Source: an uncultured bacterium (lineage in GTDB: Bacteria > Acidobacteriota > Thermoanaerobaculia > Multivoradales > JAHZIX01). From it: DNA of 64,000 nt. Both the position numbers and the translations under genes were made by a program. The notes below the pieces were generated by a model. It did not search any database. It was not told where the DNA came from and saw only the letters and a list, made by a program, of their open reading frames with translations. Shown here one piece after another: positions 62,462-64,000 of this stretch. Location: the NCBI GenBank assembly GCA_965368975.1, contig CBDUPA010000012.1, positions 83,540 to 147,539 on the forward strand, in the 5' to 3' direction. The stretch's first letter is position 1. The number at the start of each line of letters is the position of its first letter.

Positions 62462-64000
62462 GCGCGGTCCTTCCCGTCAGCGAGCGGACGGCCTTGTTCG
62501 GCGAATCTTTTGGTGAAATGTTCCCAGGCGACCGCGTAGTCCTTCTCGCGGTCGCAGCGCACCCACGGCGCCTGGTACACGATCGTCTTCTCGCGCGGGC
62601 CGCCGGGCAGAGTGTCGTCCATCACGACCTGGGTCACGGTCTCGTTGCCGGTGTAGCCGGCTTCTTCGGACATGTGTTGGACGTCGTTCCAGCAGGGGTT
62701 CGGATCTTTCTTGCTGGTGGTGCGGTTCAGGCCGACACCCACCAGGCCGCGCGAGTTGGTGAAGACGATGCGGCCGTTGCGGTCGTACCAGGTGTCGGCT
62801 TCGTAGGAGCGCAGGACGGGGAATTGGACGCGGTAGATGGTCTGGAGTTGTTCGAGGGTGAGGCCGAGGGCCATGGAGATCAGGACGTCGATTTCTACCA
62901 GCACGGCGCGGCGGGCGGCGTCGGGGCGGATGGCGGAGTCGCGGGTCCAAGACTGGTCGCTCGATGCGAAGGGCTGTTCCAGGAATTGAGAGAGGAAAGG
63001 TGTCGCTTCTGTACTCCACTCCCGCCTGGATCGGCGATTCCAGAGATCTGCGAAGTGGGTGGTGAGGCAAACGAGGCTACAGACTCGGGCGACGAGAGCT
63101 TCCTGGATCTTGGACTCGGGGATGATCGGTAGGCGCCGCGCCAGGTTTGGTCGGAAGTCTCCAGAGCCGCTCGATTTGATCAGGAAGTCAATCGGTAAAG
63201 ACATCCACGTCCCAGCTACAGCTACAGCCTGAGTCTCATTCGAAAAACAATAACTGTAGACACCGTCGATGTGCGCTGTGCCTGGTGGTGAGATGGCCGG
63301 TTGCAGTGTGCGCTCACTTGTCGGGCCCAGACCTCTGTTCACCACGAGTCGAAAGTAGTCCAGTACCGCGTTCGGGGCATCATCCGAGGCCCAAGGGACT
63401 TTGGGCGATCGCGTCCGATAGTCTGAGGGCTCGGCATTGGGCAGATAGATCGAGCGCGGCAGATAGTCTTCTGGTAGCTCCGTCAGGTCCAGTACGTCAT
63501 AGCAGCTGTTGTTCGTGACCTCTGCGCGCGGAGTCTTGTAGAACGGATTACCGACGTGGAAGTGCGGTCCGGAAATAATCCATTCGTGTACATCTTGCGG
63601 GAACCTCACCTCCTTTCGGATGGTTCCATCCCGCTGAGACCGGGACTCGTGCCACATTTCTGCCGACTTGTAGCAGTCTGCCGGCAGATCGCCCAGTTTC
63701 AATGGACTGACAGCGAACGCTTCGAGCGCCTGAAGCAAGGTCGCAGAATGGAGCGCCGGAAGCTTGGCCTCCGTTGCCGGAGTGTCCGGTTCGTCATAGA
63801 GACGAGCAAAGAGTTCCAGCTCCGTCTCCGTGATGCGCAGAATCCGATCACGATGACCGCGCGTCTCCCAGCTGTTCTCGTCGTCCTTGATCCCGGGCAC
63901 CGGGCCGTAGCCATCGTGGGCATGACACTCGTCGATGGTTGCGGGGACGAAGAGATTTGCCAGGTGCGTGAAGTCCGGAGTGCTTCTTTGGGCTCCATAG
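62458..64000 (-). CDS. C-terminal part of a large MmeI/Eco57I/PglX-like DNA methyltransferase-type protein (5' end outside the window)
   Basis: The frame stays open upstream of the track's GTG (63900) to the window edge (...NLFVPATIDECHAHDGYGPVPGIKDD...). ERTLQPAISPPGTAHIDGVYSYCFSNETQAVAVAGTWMSLPIDFLIKSSGSGDFRPNLARRLPI resembles the target-recognition domain of type IIG/IIL enzymes. No catalytic NPPY/DPPY motif is visible in the in-window part. ATGA-type overlap with the helicase gene. Confidence 0.4.
   Translation of the reverse strand, partial: YGAQRSTPDFTHLANLFVPATIDECHAHDGYGPVPGIKDDENSWETRGHRDRILRITETELELFARLYDEPDTPATEAKLPALHSATLLQALEAFAVSPLKLGDLPADCYKSAEMWHESRSQRDGTIRKEVRFPQDVHEWIISGPHFHVGNPFYKTPRAEVTNNSCYDVLDLTELPEDYLPRSIYLPNAEPSDYRTRSPKVPWASDDAPNAVLDYFRLVVNRGLGPTSERTLQPAISPPGTAHIDGVYSYCFSNETQAVAVAGTWMSLPIDFLIKSSGSGDFRPNLARRLPIIPESKIQEALVARVCSLVCLTTHFADLWNRRSRREWSTEATPFLSQFLEQPFASSDQSWTRDSAIRPDAARRAVLVEIDVLISMALGLTLEQLQTIYRVQFPVLRSYEADTWYDRNGRIVFTNSRGLVGVGLNRTTSKKDPNPCWNDVQHMSEEAGYTGNETVTQVVMDDTLPGGPREKTIVYQAPWVRCDREKDYAVAWEHFTKRFAEQGRPLADGKDRA

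Noticed and set aside
60293-62539. 748-aa plus-strand ORF, plus several other 200-500-aa ORFs between 56 and 62 kb
   Set aside because: They overlap the 2165-aa DExH/DUF1998 helicase, which has ordered helicase motifs. These are out-of-frame or antisense artefacts with Arg/Gly/Ala/Val bias.
1-64000. Search for rRNA, tRNA, integrase, transposase or prophage genes
   Set aside because: No tRNA-like T-arm or acceptor patterns were seen in the intergenic regions by eye. No ORF had integrase or transposase motifs. Absence is not proven without tRNAscan, Infernal or HMM searches.

Overview
This is a high-GC bacterial chromosome segment. LolA-like, YajC and SecD/SecF genes suggest a Gram-negative-type envelope; the phylum cannot be told from sequence alone. 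All calls come from reading the six-frame translations by eye. No searches, alignments or structure predictions were run.

Layout:
- 1-5.6 kb (minus strand): translationally coupled lipid-type cluster. It holds an ACP, an SDR-like/acyltransferase fusion, two ABC1/UbiB-like kinases and one unknown protein.
- 5.8-10.6 kb: solo LuxR-type HTH, a TIR-STAND(NB-ARC-like)-TPR protein, and an FHA-GGDEF protein.
- 10.7-20.5 kb: housekeeping block of recN, tsaC, an S55-like protease, a beta-propeller protein, coaD and dusA. A glycosyltransferase-like gene in this block is bracketed by two copies of a ~130-150 bp palindromic repeat. A third, degenerate copy follows the TIR gene.
- 20.5-25.1 kb: two related TPR proteins, a PCD/DCoH-like protein, and an unannotated small ORF with a tandem GSLIDPIG repeat.
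- 25.1-33.2 kb: folK, an FYDLN-acid protein, a LolA-like protein, tgt-yajC-secD-secF, and a SirB1-like protein.
- 33.4-37.5 kb: minimal RiPP cluster. It has an unannotated 40-aa Cys/Ser/Thr-rich precursor and a split LanB dehydratase, with no LanC, YcaO, protease or transporter in the window.
- 37.6-52.3 kb: best candidate for a new system. This is a four-gene, translationally coupled operon of giant proteins: an exported vWA membrane protein, a tubulin/FtsZ-superfamily GTPase with an intact AGGTGSG signature, a degenerate membrane-anchored paralogue, and a polytopic-membrane-anchored MrfA/DrmA-like SF2 helicase with a Cys-less DUF1998-like C-terminus.
- 52.3-53.7 kb: low-GC two-gene membrane-protein insert.
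- 53.8-64 kb (minus strand): DISARM/Druantia-like operon. It has an MmeI/Eco57I-like methylase C-terminus (partial), a 2165-aa DExH helicase with DUF1998 and a Vsr/DUF559-like domain, and a UvrD-like helicase with a RelE-fold N-terminus.

No rRNA, tRNA, CRISPR array, integrase or transposase was recognised.
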